Assembly: GCF_018336915.1 (NCBI RefSeq)
Contig: NZ_CP064923.1
Span: forward strand, 5,020,495 to 5,044,494
Source of the DNA: Acaryochloris marina S15
GTDB taxonomy: Bacteria; Cyanobacteriota; Cyanobacteriia; Thermosynechococcales; Thermosynechococcaceae
Direction of reading: 5' to 3'
Length of the DNA stretch: 24,000 nucleotides
Positions within the stretch are counted from its first letter, which is position 1, and each line of letters begins with the position of its first letter. Position numbers and translations under genes: made by a program. Below the pieces are notes generated by a model that saw nothing but the letters and a program-made list of their open reading frames with translations, did no database searches and was not told the origin of the DNA. Positions 13,985 to 22,195 of this stretch are shown in pieces.

Positions 13985-15541
13985 TTATCCAGTGACCGGT
14001 TGAGCTTGAGAATGGGATAGATTTCGAAGATGATTTTGAAATTGCCATACTAACAGCACAATCACACAAAGCTGAGCAACTAAACCCACCAGGGCACTAC
14101 TGATCAACATAGGCATCTCAAAATCGCTGAAAGGGTAGCCCAAGAAAGTCCAAATCATCATGGAGGCTGGCATCTGATCAGGCACGATGCGCAAAATCGC
14201 CAACATAATCGGTGGAACCAGCATCCAAAGCCCCAGCCCTCCCATAGTCCAGGTATAGGGGTTGCGAATTTTGAGGGCGAAAATCTGTTGGACGACGGCT
14301 GTATAAATTAGCAATACCCCGGTCATGGATAAAACAATGATGGCAGCAACGGTAGGATTATCTTTGCCAAACCCCACTAAGAACATCCAAGGGACATAGA
14401 GGGCGTTGATGATTAAAAGATTGATTGCGATTGCAACGATTGCCGGACTTTTATCGGCCCAAACTAAATCTCGCAAAATACCTTGAGGCTTTTGTTGAAC
14501 CCGCAGCCAATCTAGGAGAGATGCCCGTTGAGGACAGAGGGCCAGCATAATGACCAAAATCATACCGAAATTAAACGCATATAGAATCCATGTTCCAGCC
14601 ATCCCAGTAAAAGTATTGATTCCAGTCGTTCTAGAAGATATGACGAAAAAGCCAATGGCTAATGGTTCTAGGAAGGCCACAATGGCATAACTCTGCCATT
14701 TACTCATGACGGTGGTGCCTGGATTACGAAATAAGCGGACTAGCATCGACCAAATAAGCATCGTAGCAATAGCTAATACCACTAAAGTAAAGCCATGGGA
14801 CAACCATACAGACTGGTTAATTTCTTGCCCAAACCAGCGAATAATAACAGTCTGATCTCTTTGTGCATATTGGTAAGTATCCCCTTGGGCAGACCATTCG
14901 CTAATCCCTAAAGGCCGCCAAGTCACTGCCATATTCCAGGCAAAGTAGAGCGGAGATAAGAAGAAAAGGGTTAGTCCTGCGAAAGCTACAGCCACTACAG
15001 ATTGCTGCCCAACGGCGATAGTCCGAGAGCTACTGAGAAGGCCATACAAAATCGCCAGGCTAAACAAAGCAAAACACCCGGCTGCCAGCATCACATAGTA
15101 ACTGATCAAGAAAAATACCGGCATACCTGAATTAAGCCCGGCAATGATATGCAAAGGAATTGCAAGCCCAATGGCGATGTAAGGCAAGATCGGCACCCCC
15201 AACATTTTGCCCAACAAAATACCTCGGCTGGGACGGGGGCTAAGCCGAATAAAATTGAGCGTGCCGCGTTTTTCTTCTTGATTCAGATCGCTAACCAGGT
15301 AGTAGCTCCCTGAAGTGAACAGAGCATAGGGCAAAATCCAAAGCATGGCTTCGGCTAAACCCGCCCAACGTTCAATTATGGGGTTAGAGATCTGCTGGGA
15401 AAATACCAGGCCTAGGAGTGTTTGGCCAACTATAGAGATCACAATCGTGGCCGCAATGCTACGGGGCTTTAAGCGGCCTCGAAATTCTCGCAGCAGCTGG
15501 GGATTCCAATTGCCGACTCGATTCATTAAGGTGGATGTCAT
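13985..15541 (-). CDS. Polytopic membrane protein (about 12-13 hydrophobic helices), probable fused ABC-2-type permease
   Basis: 518-aa ORF starting 15 nt after the ABC ATPase stop on the same strand. It is almost entirely hydrophobic helices and has a basic N-terminus (NPQLLREFRGRLKPRS). I recognise no specific family motif. Confidence 0.65.
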   Translation of the reverse strand: MTSTLMNRVGNWNPQLLREFRGRLKPRSIAATIVISIVGQTLLGLVFSQQISNPIIERWAGLAEAMLWILPYALFTSGSYYLVSDLNQEEKRGTLNFIRLSPRPSRGILLGKMLGVPILPYIAIGLAIPLHIIAGLNSGMPVFFLISYYVMLAAGCFALFSLAILYGLLSSSRTIAVGQQSVVAVAFAGLTLFFLSPLYFAWNMAVTWRPLGISEWSAQGDTYQYAQRDQTVIIRWFGQEINQSVWLSHGFTLVVLAIATMLIWSMLVRLFRNPGTTVMSKWQSYAIVAFLEPLAIGFFVISSRTTGINTFTGMAGTWILYAFNFGMILVIMLALCPQRASLLDWLRVQQKPQGILRDLVWADKSPAIVAIAINLLIINALYVPWMFLVGFGKDNPTVAAIIVLSMTGVLLIYTAVVQQIFALKIRNPYTWTMGGLGLWMLVPPIMLAILRIVPDQMPASMMIWTFLGYPFSDFEMPMLISSALVGLVAQLCVIVLLVWQFQNHLRNLSHSQAQPVTG

Positions 15542-15556
15542 GACGCGACCAGAGAG

Positions 15557-16507
15557 TTATGAGGTTTGCCGATAGCCCATTTTGATAAAGATATCTTCAA
15601 GGCTCTCTTGAGTACGGTGGAAATCGATAATTGGGAAGTTGTGGGAGATTAGCGATCGCAACAACGCAACGATGTCATCATCCGTGCCCGTAAAGGTGAC
15701 GGCAATTTGATGTTTATCTCGTAAGACTTTGCATTCATGAACGAATGCATGGTCCTGTAGAAAGGTTTCGACAGGCGCTAAATCAGCCACAGTAGAAATA
15801 ATCAATTGCTGGGTCTGATCTCGGTTGTATAAAGCCCGCAGCTCTGAACTCTCCACCAGTTGTCCCATCTGCATAATGCCGATGGAGGTACAGAAATCTT
15901 CCAAATCGCTGAGAATATGGGAAGAGATAAAGATAGTTAATCCTTGCTGTTGTAGGGTCTTTAAGGTTTGACGGAACTGTACCCTAGCCACTGGATCTAA
16001 CCCGGAAACAGGTTCATCCAACAGCAATAAGGTGGGTTTATGAATAATCGTTCGAGCTAAGCTGAGGCGCTGCTTCATACCCCGAGATAAGGTACTAATC
16101 GGGCTATGGCGCTTACTGTCCAGATCGACCAACGCCAACACTTCATTCAATCTGTGGCTGAGGTCTGGTTCTTGCAGATAATACAAACGAGCAAAATATT
16201 CTAGATAATCCCAAACCAACAAATCATCGTATAGAGGAAAATCATCCGGCAGGAAACCGATGCGCCGCTTGATATCAGAATTAGGCTGATTTTGAATGAG
16301 GGTCTGTCCGCCAATCGCAATATTGCCCAAGGTAGGTTCTTCGGCTGTCGCCAGCATGCGAATCAGAGTGGTTTTGCCTGCTCCATTGGGACCAATCAAG
16401 CCGTAAATTTCGCCTTGCTGAACTTGTAGATCCACTTGGCTAACAGCAATGCTATCGCCAAACTGTTTGGTCAATTGCTGAGTAGCAATGACGGGAGGAT
16501 TGGTCAT
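15557..16507 (-). CDS. ABC transporter ATP-binding protein (ABC-2/DrrA-like, with a C-terminal accessory domain)
   Basis: Walker A GPNGAGKTT, signature LSRGMKQRLSLA, Walker B LLLLDEP and H-loop ISSHIL are all present. About 90 extra residues follow the nucleotide-binding domain. Confidence 0.92.
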   Translation of the reverse strand: MTNPPVIATQQLTKQFGDSIAVSQVDLQVQQGEIYGLIGPNGAGKTTLIRMLATAEEPTLGNIAIGGQTLIQNQPNSDIKRRIGFLPDDFPLYDDLLVWDYLEYFARLYYLQEPDLSHRLNEVLALVDLDSKRHSPISTLSRGMKQRLSLARTIIHKPTLLLLDEPVSGLDPVARVQFRQTLKTLQQQGLTIFISSHILSDLEDFCTSIGIMQMGQLVESSELRALYNRDQTQQLIISTVADLAPVETFLQDHAFVHECKVLRDKHQIAVTFTGTDDDIVALLRSLISHNFPIIDFHRTQESLEDIFIKMGYRQTS

Positions 16508-16662
16508 GTATATACTGACCTTTGCGAATAAGAAAACACTGTCATGATGCCATTATCTTCGCGAATCGAGACCCAAACTAGAGTGATATCAATCACGTCT
16601 GTAATACATCAAAGACTGATAAATCAAAGTCAGCAATCGTTTTATCGACACACTGTTAGAGG

Positions 16663-16879
16663 ATGAAATTTCAAACTAGTACTGTTGAGATGAAAGGCAT
16701 CCGTCTTTCATCTCAACAGGATGGCATCGAGGTAGGGCGAGCATTTGTCTACTTCATCCACGCACGATCACTCCTTCACCTGAATGGAAGATGTTTTTGT
16801 CAGTAAGGTATAGAGAGGGAAAAGACTAGGCTCAGACCTCGTTCGTCAGGTGATTAAGCTGTTTCGTATCGATTTATAA
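16663..16879 (+). pseudogene. Decayed GNAT-family N-acetyltransferase remnant
   Basis: Frame 1 from ATG 16663 reads MKFQTSTVEMKGIRLSSQQDGIEVGRAFVYFIH and then stops at 16804. The +1 frame continues THDHSFT(TGA)MEDVFVSKV(TAG)RGKRLGSDLVRQVIKLFRIDL(TAA). This resembles the GNAT beta4/motif A region (EDVFV..x..RGxGxG...L). Reconstruction needs at least one frameshift and two in-frame stops, and the remnant is truncated after motif A. Confidence 0.4.
16682..16719 (-). terminator. Perfect 15-bp stem / 8-nt loop hairpin; possible rluD terminator
   Basis: CTGTTGAGATGAAAG (16682-16696), GCATCCGT loop, CTTTCATCTCAACAG (16705-16719). On the minus strand it lies 190 nt after the rluD stop and is followed by ACUAGUUUGAAAUUUC, only a weak U-tract. 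The function is uncertain. Confidence 0.3.
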
Positions 16880-16909
16880 GTGCCCATTGAGAGTGGGAGT
16901 GTACCTCAG

Positions 16910-17902
16910 TCAATTCTGCCTATTAGACTCCCCCGTGCGGAGGAGATTGTTCATGGGACTGAAATGAGAGTGCTTCTGTAGACGATTGAGTAACTTAACG
17001 AAGTCAGTGGGCAAAGGTGCTTTGACTTCCAGGTCAGTGCCAGATACAGGATGCTTAAGACTTAAACGCCATGCATGTAAAACTTGTCCGGATAAGTTCA
17101 CCTTCAAGGATCGACCTCGACTATAGAGTGGGTCACCGACAATCGGCCATCCCATCTGAGCACAATGAACCCGAATTTGATGGGTGCGTCCTGTTTCTAG
17201 CCGAAATTTGACCAATGCATAATTGCCCAAGGGCTGCAGAATTTGCCATTGCGTAACGGCCGCTTTACCGCCTTTTTCTTCAGGCACCACTGCCATTTTG
17301 ATTCTATCCGTTGGATTACGGCCAATGGGAAAGTCCATACAACCTATTTCGGTCGATGGATGACCATAGACAATTCCCACATATTCCCGCAGGGCCGTTT
17401 TGGCTGCAATCTGGGCCTGGAGGTGTTGATGGGCCTGATCGGTTTTAGCCACCATCATGGCTCCCGTCGTATCCTTATCAAGGCGGTGCACAATACCCGG
17501 TCGCTCTACCCCACCAATCCCTGAGAGGGTTGAACCCTGACCATCTTGGCAATGGGCCAGCAGACCATGTACGAGGGTGCCTGTGGCATGGCCAGGAGCA
17601 GGATGGACGACTAACCCTGCAGGTTTATTAACGATTAGGAGATGGTCATCCTCAAATAACATCTCCAAATCCATGGGCTCTGGTTCCAGTGCTAAAGGTC
17701 TGGGCGCAGGAATGTGAACTTGAATCTGATCACCTATTTGCAGGGCATATTTCTTGGAGGTGCAAATCTTATGATTGATTTGCACATGGCCTTGTTCAAT
17801 CAGTTTCTGAATATGCGATCGCGACAGCGAATCCACTTGATCAGCCAGCCAGCGGTCAATCCTAGGTGCATCTCCCCCAACAGAAAATTCCAGTTTCTTC
17901 AT
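16910..17902 (-). CDS. rluD: 23S rRNA pseudouridine synthase, RluA family (RluD-type, S4 domain + catalytic domain)
   Basis: 330 aa with an N-terminal S4-like segment (RIDRWLADQV...IQKLIEQGHVQIN) and the catalytic motif HRLDKDTTG. The block GRTHQIRVH is also present. Confidence 0.9.
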   Translation of the reverse strand: MKKLEFSVGGDAPRIDRWLADQVDSLSRSHIQKLIEQGHVQINHKICTSKKYALQIGDQIQVHIPAPRPLALEPEPMDLEMLFEDDHLLIVNKPAGLVVHPAPGHATGTLVHGLLAHCQDGQGSTLSGIGGVERPGIVHRLDKDTTGAMMVAKTDQAHQHLQAQIAAKTALREYVGIVYGHPSTEIGCMDFPIGRNPTDRIKMAVVPEEKGGKAAVTQWQILQPLGNYALVKFRLETGRTHQIRVHCAQMGWPIVGDPLYSRGRSLKVNLSGQVLHAWRLSLKHPVSGTDLEVKAPLPTDFVKLLNRLQKHSHFSPMNNLLRTGESNRQN

Positions 17903-17918
17903 GAGTGGTAAACCTCAG

Positions 17919-18626
17919 CTAGAGGCGGCGGCAAATATCTAAACCATGGGTATCAGTCCCACAGGTTTGTAGTAAATTGTGCTGGTTAGCCAGTCGCATC
18001 AGCGTATTGGTTTGAGATGGACTCGGTTCCCAAGGATCTTTATTCCCATAACAATAGAACGTTTCTATCCCATCCATTCCAGCCTGGGCAGCCGCACTGA
18101 CCAGTTCCTTCACCGATCGTCGATATCGGGCGGGATGGGCCAGCACCGCCAGTCCACCTGCTTCATGCAGAGCAGTAATCACTTGGTTGGCCTGAGCCTG
18201 ATGCCCTGCAGGTGCTGAGCCCAATAGATAAGACTGCAATGCAGCATGATGCGGATCGAAGCCATAGCCCAGGATGTGCACTTGCGTCTCAAGGAGTTTA
18301 GATGTAATTTCGATGCCGGTCCACAGCTGAGGCAAGGATTGTGAAGGCTGAGCTTGCAATAGTTCTAACGCGCTCCAATAGCCATCAACACTATGGTGGT
18401 CCGTAATCGCTAAGCTCGCTAGGCCCGCTTTAATCGCTTGTTGAACTAATTGCTGTGGTTCCAAGCGCCCATCCGAATGGAGGGTATGCAAATGAAAATT
18501 ATAGGCATGGGGACAACTTTCAGCAGTAATGGACTGAAAAATTTCTTTCAATCGGCCTACATCAGTTTGAAGTGTCTTCGTAACAATCACTAAGCAATTA
18601 CTAAATGCGATGCTTCCAGATTCCAA
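17919..18626 (-). CDS. PHP-domain metal-dependent phosphoesterase (TrpH/YciV-like)
   Basis: PHP motifs present: NFHLHTLHSDG, AITDHH, VLAHPARY, GIETFY and CGTDTHG. The gene ends 16 nt before the rluD start, so it is probably co-transcribed. The TTG start is uncertain. Confidence 0.8.
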   Translation of the reverse strand: MESGSIAFSNCLVIVTKTLQTDVGRLKEIFQSITAESCPHAYNFHLHTLHSDGRLEPQQLVQQAIKAGLASLAITDHHSVDGYWSALELLQAQPSQSLPQLWTGIEITSKLLETQVHILGYGFDPHHAALQSYLLGSAPAGHQAQANQVITALHEAGGLAVLAHPARYRRSVKELVSAAAQAGMDGIETFYCYGNKDPWEPSPSQTNTLMRLANQHNLLQTCGTDTHGLDICRRL

Positions 18627-18722
18627 CTATATCTCAATAATTTTGAGCTGTTCAGAACCAAAACTAGCCAAAGTCATGCAGCATATAGATCTGTGCCAAA
18701 AACAAAAAAGTCAGGCACCCCC

Positions 18723-19526
18723 TTACACTTCAGAGGTAGGTGGCGCTTTATAGATAGGCGTCAAGAAGGCAATTAAGAACCCAACCGAGAAGCCAGCCAC
18801 ATTTCTCAAGATAGGCAACCATTCCGAAGTCCGAGCCAGAACGGGGCCCAGTCCAAAGGAAAAGAAACAAATCCCCCAAAGAGGAGAGAAAATCAACATC
18901 CACTGCCAAGCGAAAGTTTGATCAGCCGTGCGAGGGTGAGCCGAGAAACCACAGATAATTCCACCCATCACAGACGTGATCAGCGTAAAAATCCATTGTT
19001 CTTGAGGTAATCCGGGTACGACTCGGCAGCCTCCTTGGTTCAAGCAAGTCTTGACGGAGTCGATGGCTTGAATAATCGATTCATCCTCCCCATTCTCTTG
19101 CACGAAGTACTGGTTACCGAACCGAGTCTGCAGTTCAACCCAGAAGGTGCGGGGAAGTAATTGATAAACCGAATCACCGACATTGAAATTGAGAATGTTG
19201 CCACCCCGGGAGTCAGCCACCAACAGCACGCTATTTTCATCCAAATTCCAAAAATCTTTGATGGCACGACCAGGAGTCCGATCGTACTGGGTCAAAATTC
19301 TCAATTTCCAGCCTGTATCTTGCTCAAAAACGTCTAGATCTTTATCTAGCTTGTTTTTCTGAGTGCTAGTTAGAGCCTGAGCGAGATCCACAATAGAGGT
19401 GGGTTCTGCAGGTAATAGTTCAGGTGCTTCAAAGGCTTGTGCGGGTGATGCCCTAACCCATATGCCAAAACCCAGTATTAGACCGAGACAGGCTGTGAAC
19501 ACTCGACGAACAAGATTATGATTCAT
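18723..19526 (-). CDS. TPM-domain protein (TLP18.3/Psb32-like) with C-terminal membrane helices
   Basis: ATG 19526 gives MNHNLVRRVFTACLGLILGFGIWVRASPAQA, which looks like a signal peptide. A TPM-like core follows (IVDLAQALTSTQKNKLDKDLDVFEQDTGWKLRILT...VLLVAD), then 2-3 hydrophobic helices at the C-terminus. The family call is from memory. Confidence 0.6.
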   Translation of the reverse strand: MNHNLVRRVFTACLGLILGFGIWVRASPAQAFEAPELLPAEPTSIVDLAQALTSTQKNKLDKDLDVFEQDTGWKLRILTQYDRTPGRAIKDFWNLDENSVLLVADSRGGNILNFNVGDSVYQLLPRTFWVELQTRFGNQYFVQENGEDESIIQAIDSVKTCLNQGGCRVVPGLPQEQWIFTLITSVMGGIICGFSAHPRTADQTFAWQWMLIFSPLWGICFFSFGLGPVLARTSEWLPILRNVAGFSVGFLIAFLTPIYKAPPTSEV

Positions 19527-20192
19527 TAGAACTATTGCGTTGGATGTCAAAAGGTGTTAATTGGCAACTAATTAAGTCAATTTTTAACACTTATTTAAGT
19601 TACTTATCATAATAATACGAATCCCTGGTCTTTGTCATAGGCATCAATCGTTGGGGATGACACAGCCAAACGCTTAATTGGCAAGAATCAAGGATTACAA
19701 AGACTCTTGGGTCAAAATGTTGAAATTAGTATCTAACCCTAGAAAACAGTGAAAATTTGGATGGGTCCTGGGTATTCTATGGCGTATATCCTTACCTAGG
19801 CTTTTTAGGTGGTCCCTTGACCGTCAGATCCAAAATTAACAGCTGTTACTCAGGGTTTTTTCAGGTCTATCGGCGAGGATGTAGTGACCTTGAAACTTTT
19901 TAGGCTACAGCACAGTCTATAGGTGAGGATGCTTATACAACTTGTTGCTTATTACAAGAACGGCCAGAAAAGTGGCTTGTGAGGTCACAATGGCCTTAGT
20001 GAATACGGTTTACCGAATATTCGAATCTCACCAAGCCTAGAAAAATGGCCTAGTATAGAAGAACAAACTCATACTGACTTCGTTTTTAAGCGGCCTATAT
20101 CAACACTCACTGATTGCATCATTCACTATTAAATTTGAAATTTGATAGTCTTCATGCCAACATCACCTTCTTAAAGGGGGTAGCTCAAGTCC

Positions 20193-21176
20193 ATGTCCAA
20201 AACCAAAACTAAGCAACAAGCTATCTCTGTGTCTCCGACAACAGATATGGTTCGTACCTATCTCCATGAGATTGGTCGAGTGCCTTTGTTGACCCATGAG
20301 CAAGAAATCGTTTTTGGTAAGCAAGTACAGGCCATGATGGCGCTTTTAGACTTGCAGAAAACTTTATTGGATGAATTGGGGCGTGAACCTTCCTTAGAAG
20401 AGTGGGCAGAGAAAGCCAATCTTAGTCCCTCTCAATTGGAACTGTCCCTGCACCAAGGACAGCAAGCCAAGCAAAAGATGATTGAAGCCAATCTCAGGCT
20501 GGTCGTTTCTGTTGCTAAAAAGTACCAAAAGCGAAACCTAGAACTCTTAGACCTGATCCAAGAAGGAACCTTGGGATTAGAACGCGGGGTTGAGAAGTTT
20601 GATCCAACCCGAGGGTATAAGTTTTCAACCTATGCCTACTGGTGGATTCGCCAGGCGATCACCCGTGCGATCGCACAACAGGCTCGCACCATTCGACTGC
20701 CCATTCACATCACCGAAAAGCTCAACAAAATCAAAAAAGCCCAGCGTGAGTTATCCCAGAAGCTGGGTCGCAGTGCCACCCCCGCTGAAATTGCGGAAGC
20801 ATTGGAACTAGAGCCCAGCCAAATCCGAGATTATCTCACCATTGCTCGTCAGCCTATTTCGTTAGATCTGAGAGTCGGTGACAATCAGGATACCGAGTTG
20901 CGAGACTTGCTGGAAGACGACGGGCAATCTCCGGAGCAATTCACGACCACCCAAGCCCTGCGGGATGACGTGAATCAATTGCTGACGGAGTTAACCCCTC
21001 AGCAACGAGATGTCTTAATGCTGCGGTTTGGTCTCGACAACGGTAAGGAGTTATCCCTTGCCAAAGTTGGACAACAATTAAGCCTTAGCAGAGAGCGAGT
21101 CCGTCAATTAGAACGGCAAGCCCTAGACTATCTGCGCCGTCGCAAAGGCGAAGTGCGAGAGTATATCGCTAGCTAG
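20193..21176 (+). CDS. RNA polymerase sigma factor, sigma70 family group 2
   Basis: 327 aa. Region 1.2 is [18 protein letters not shown]. Region 2 is [59 protein letters not shown]. Region 3 is [16 protein letters not shown]. Region 4.2 is [25 protein letters not shown]. No long region 1.1 is present. Confidence 0.92.
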   Translation: MSKTKTKQQAISVSPTTDMVRTYLHEIGRVPLLTHEQEIVFGKQVQAMMALLDLQKTLLDELGREPSLEEWAEKANLSPSQLELSLHQGQQAKQKMIEANLRLVVSVAKKYQKRNLELLDLIQEGTLGLERGVEKFDPTRGYKFSTYAYWWIRQAITRAIAQQARTIRLPIHITEKLNKIKKAQRELSQKLGRSATPAEIAEALELEPSQIRDYLTIARQPISLDLRVGDNQDTELRDLLEDDGQSPEQFTTTQALRDDVNQLLTELTPQQRDVLMLRFGLDNGKELSLAKVGQQLSLSRERVRQLERQALDYLRRRKGEVREYIAS

Positions 21177-21202
21177 TCCTTTAATTAGCTAGTCCTTCAA
21201 TT
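21171..21202. repeat. 16-bp tandem duplication straddling the sigma-factor stop codon
   Basis: AGCTAGTCCTTTAATT (21171-21186) is followed by AGCTAGTCCTTCAATT (21187-21202), 15/16 identical. The TAG stop (21174-21176) lies in the first copy. Confidence 0.9.
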
Positions 21203-21208
21203 TCTTTC

Positions 21209-21247
21209 CATCAACCTCCAGCGCATTATCTGCACTGGAGGTTGATG
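21209..21247 (+). terminator. 13-bp perfect hairpin after the sigma-factor gene (atypical terminator candidate)
   Basis: CATCAACCTCCAG (21209-21221), a 13-nt loop, then CTGGAGGTTGATG (21235-21247). It starts 33 nt after the stop codon. No U-tract follows. Confidence 0.35.
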
Positions 21248-21326
21248 ATGTGGGGCCTTCAATGGAGACAATGCTGGAGAGACGCGGTAGATTAGTGCAG
21301 CCCATGATCCTGGAGAGTTAAAACGA

Positions 21327-22058
21327 ATGGCGGACTGGCTATATCAATATCCCCCCCTACTTGCAGGCAAGCTGATCAAACGATACAAACGTTTTCTGGC
21401 CGATATTGAATTAGAGACAGGTGAAGTCGTCACCGCCCATTGCCCTAATACAGGTCCGATGACAGGCATGTCTGCCCCCAATAGCCGAGTGCAAATTTCT
21501 AGAAGTAATAACCCCAAACGCAAATTAGCCTATACCTGGGAACTGATTGAAGTCTGCGACACCCAACCCACCTGGGTAGGGGTGAATACTCAAATCCCTA
21601 ATATTGTTGTCAAGAAACTACTACAAGACCGGCTCTTACCCGCTTTAGGTGACTACGATCAGGTCAAATCTGAAGTTCGCTATGGTCAAGAAAAAAGTCG
21701 AATTGATTTTTTGCTTACAGGCACCACTCAACCCACTTATATTGAAGTTAAAAGTACGACCTGGGCCATCGGACAGCAAGCTTTATTTCCAGACACCGTC
21801 ACGACCCGTGGCCAAAAGCATATTCGGGAGTTGATGTCGGTTTTATCCGAAGCCCGAGCTTACTTACTCTTCTTTATTAATCGAGCCGATTGCACAACCT
21901 TTGCCCCCGGAGATCAGGCCGATCCAGAGTATGGAGAACTCCTTAGAGAAGCCGTCTCAGTAGGGGTAAAGCTCTTGCCCTGTCGCTTTGAGATTACACC
22001 CGAAGGAATTCGCTATTTAGGGTTGGCAACCGTCGAAGAGAAGTCTTTAACAAGATGA
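21327..22058 (+). CDS. sfsA: SfsA (sugar fermentation stimulation protein A homolog; nuclease-fold DNA-binding protein)
   Basis: 243 aa beginning LLAGKLIKRYKRFLADIELETGEVVTAHCPNTGPMTG, with later blocks SRIDFLL, YIEVKSTT, FPDTVTTRGQKHIREL and the typical length. Confidence 0.9.
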   Translation: MADWLYQYPPLLAGKLIKRYKRFLADIELETGEVVTAHCPNTGPMTGMSAPNSRVQISRSNNPKRKLAYTWELIEVCDTQPTWVGVNTQIPNIVVKKLLQDRLLPALGDYDQVKSEVRYGQEKSRIDFLLTGTTQPTYIEVKSTTWAIGQQALFPDTVTTRGQKHIRELMSVLSEARAYLLFFINRADCTTFAPGDQADPEYGELLREAVSVGVKLLPCRFEITPEGIRYLGLATVEEKSLTR

Positions 22059-22195
22059 ACAGTAGTTTTAAATTAGTATGATTGTATTTCGCTGTTTTTT
22101 CTCTCAACATCGAATTGATTTTTAGAGGGAAAAGCGAGATCCTCGCCTGAGGATGTTAGGGTAAATACGATTTAGTTGTGGGGTAGACATTTACG

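Noticed and set aside
16508-16662. Possible small RNA or riboswitch in the leader of the ABC operon
   Set aside because: Only trivial 4-bp stems were found, and there is no conserved riboswitch-like core that I recognise. The region is most simply the promoter and 5' UTR of the ABC ATPase gene.
20014-20030. TTCGAATC string resembling a tRNA T-loop
   Set aside because: It is part of the palindrome CGAATATTCG. No flanking T-stem, acceptor stem or anticodon arm can be drawn.
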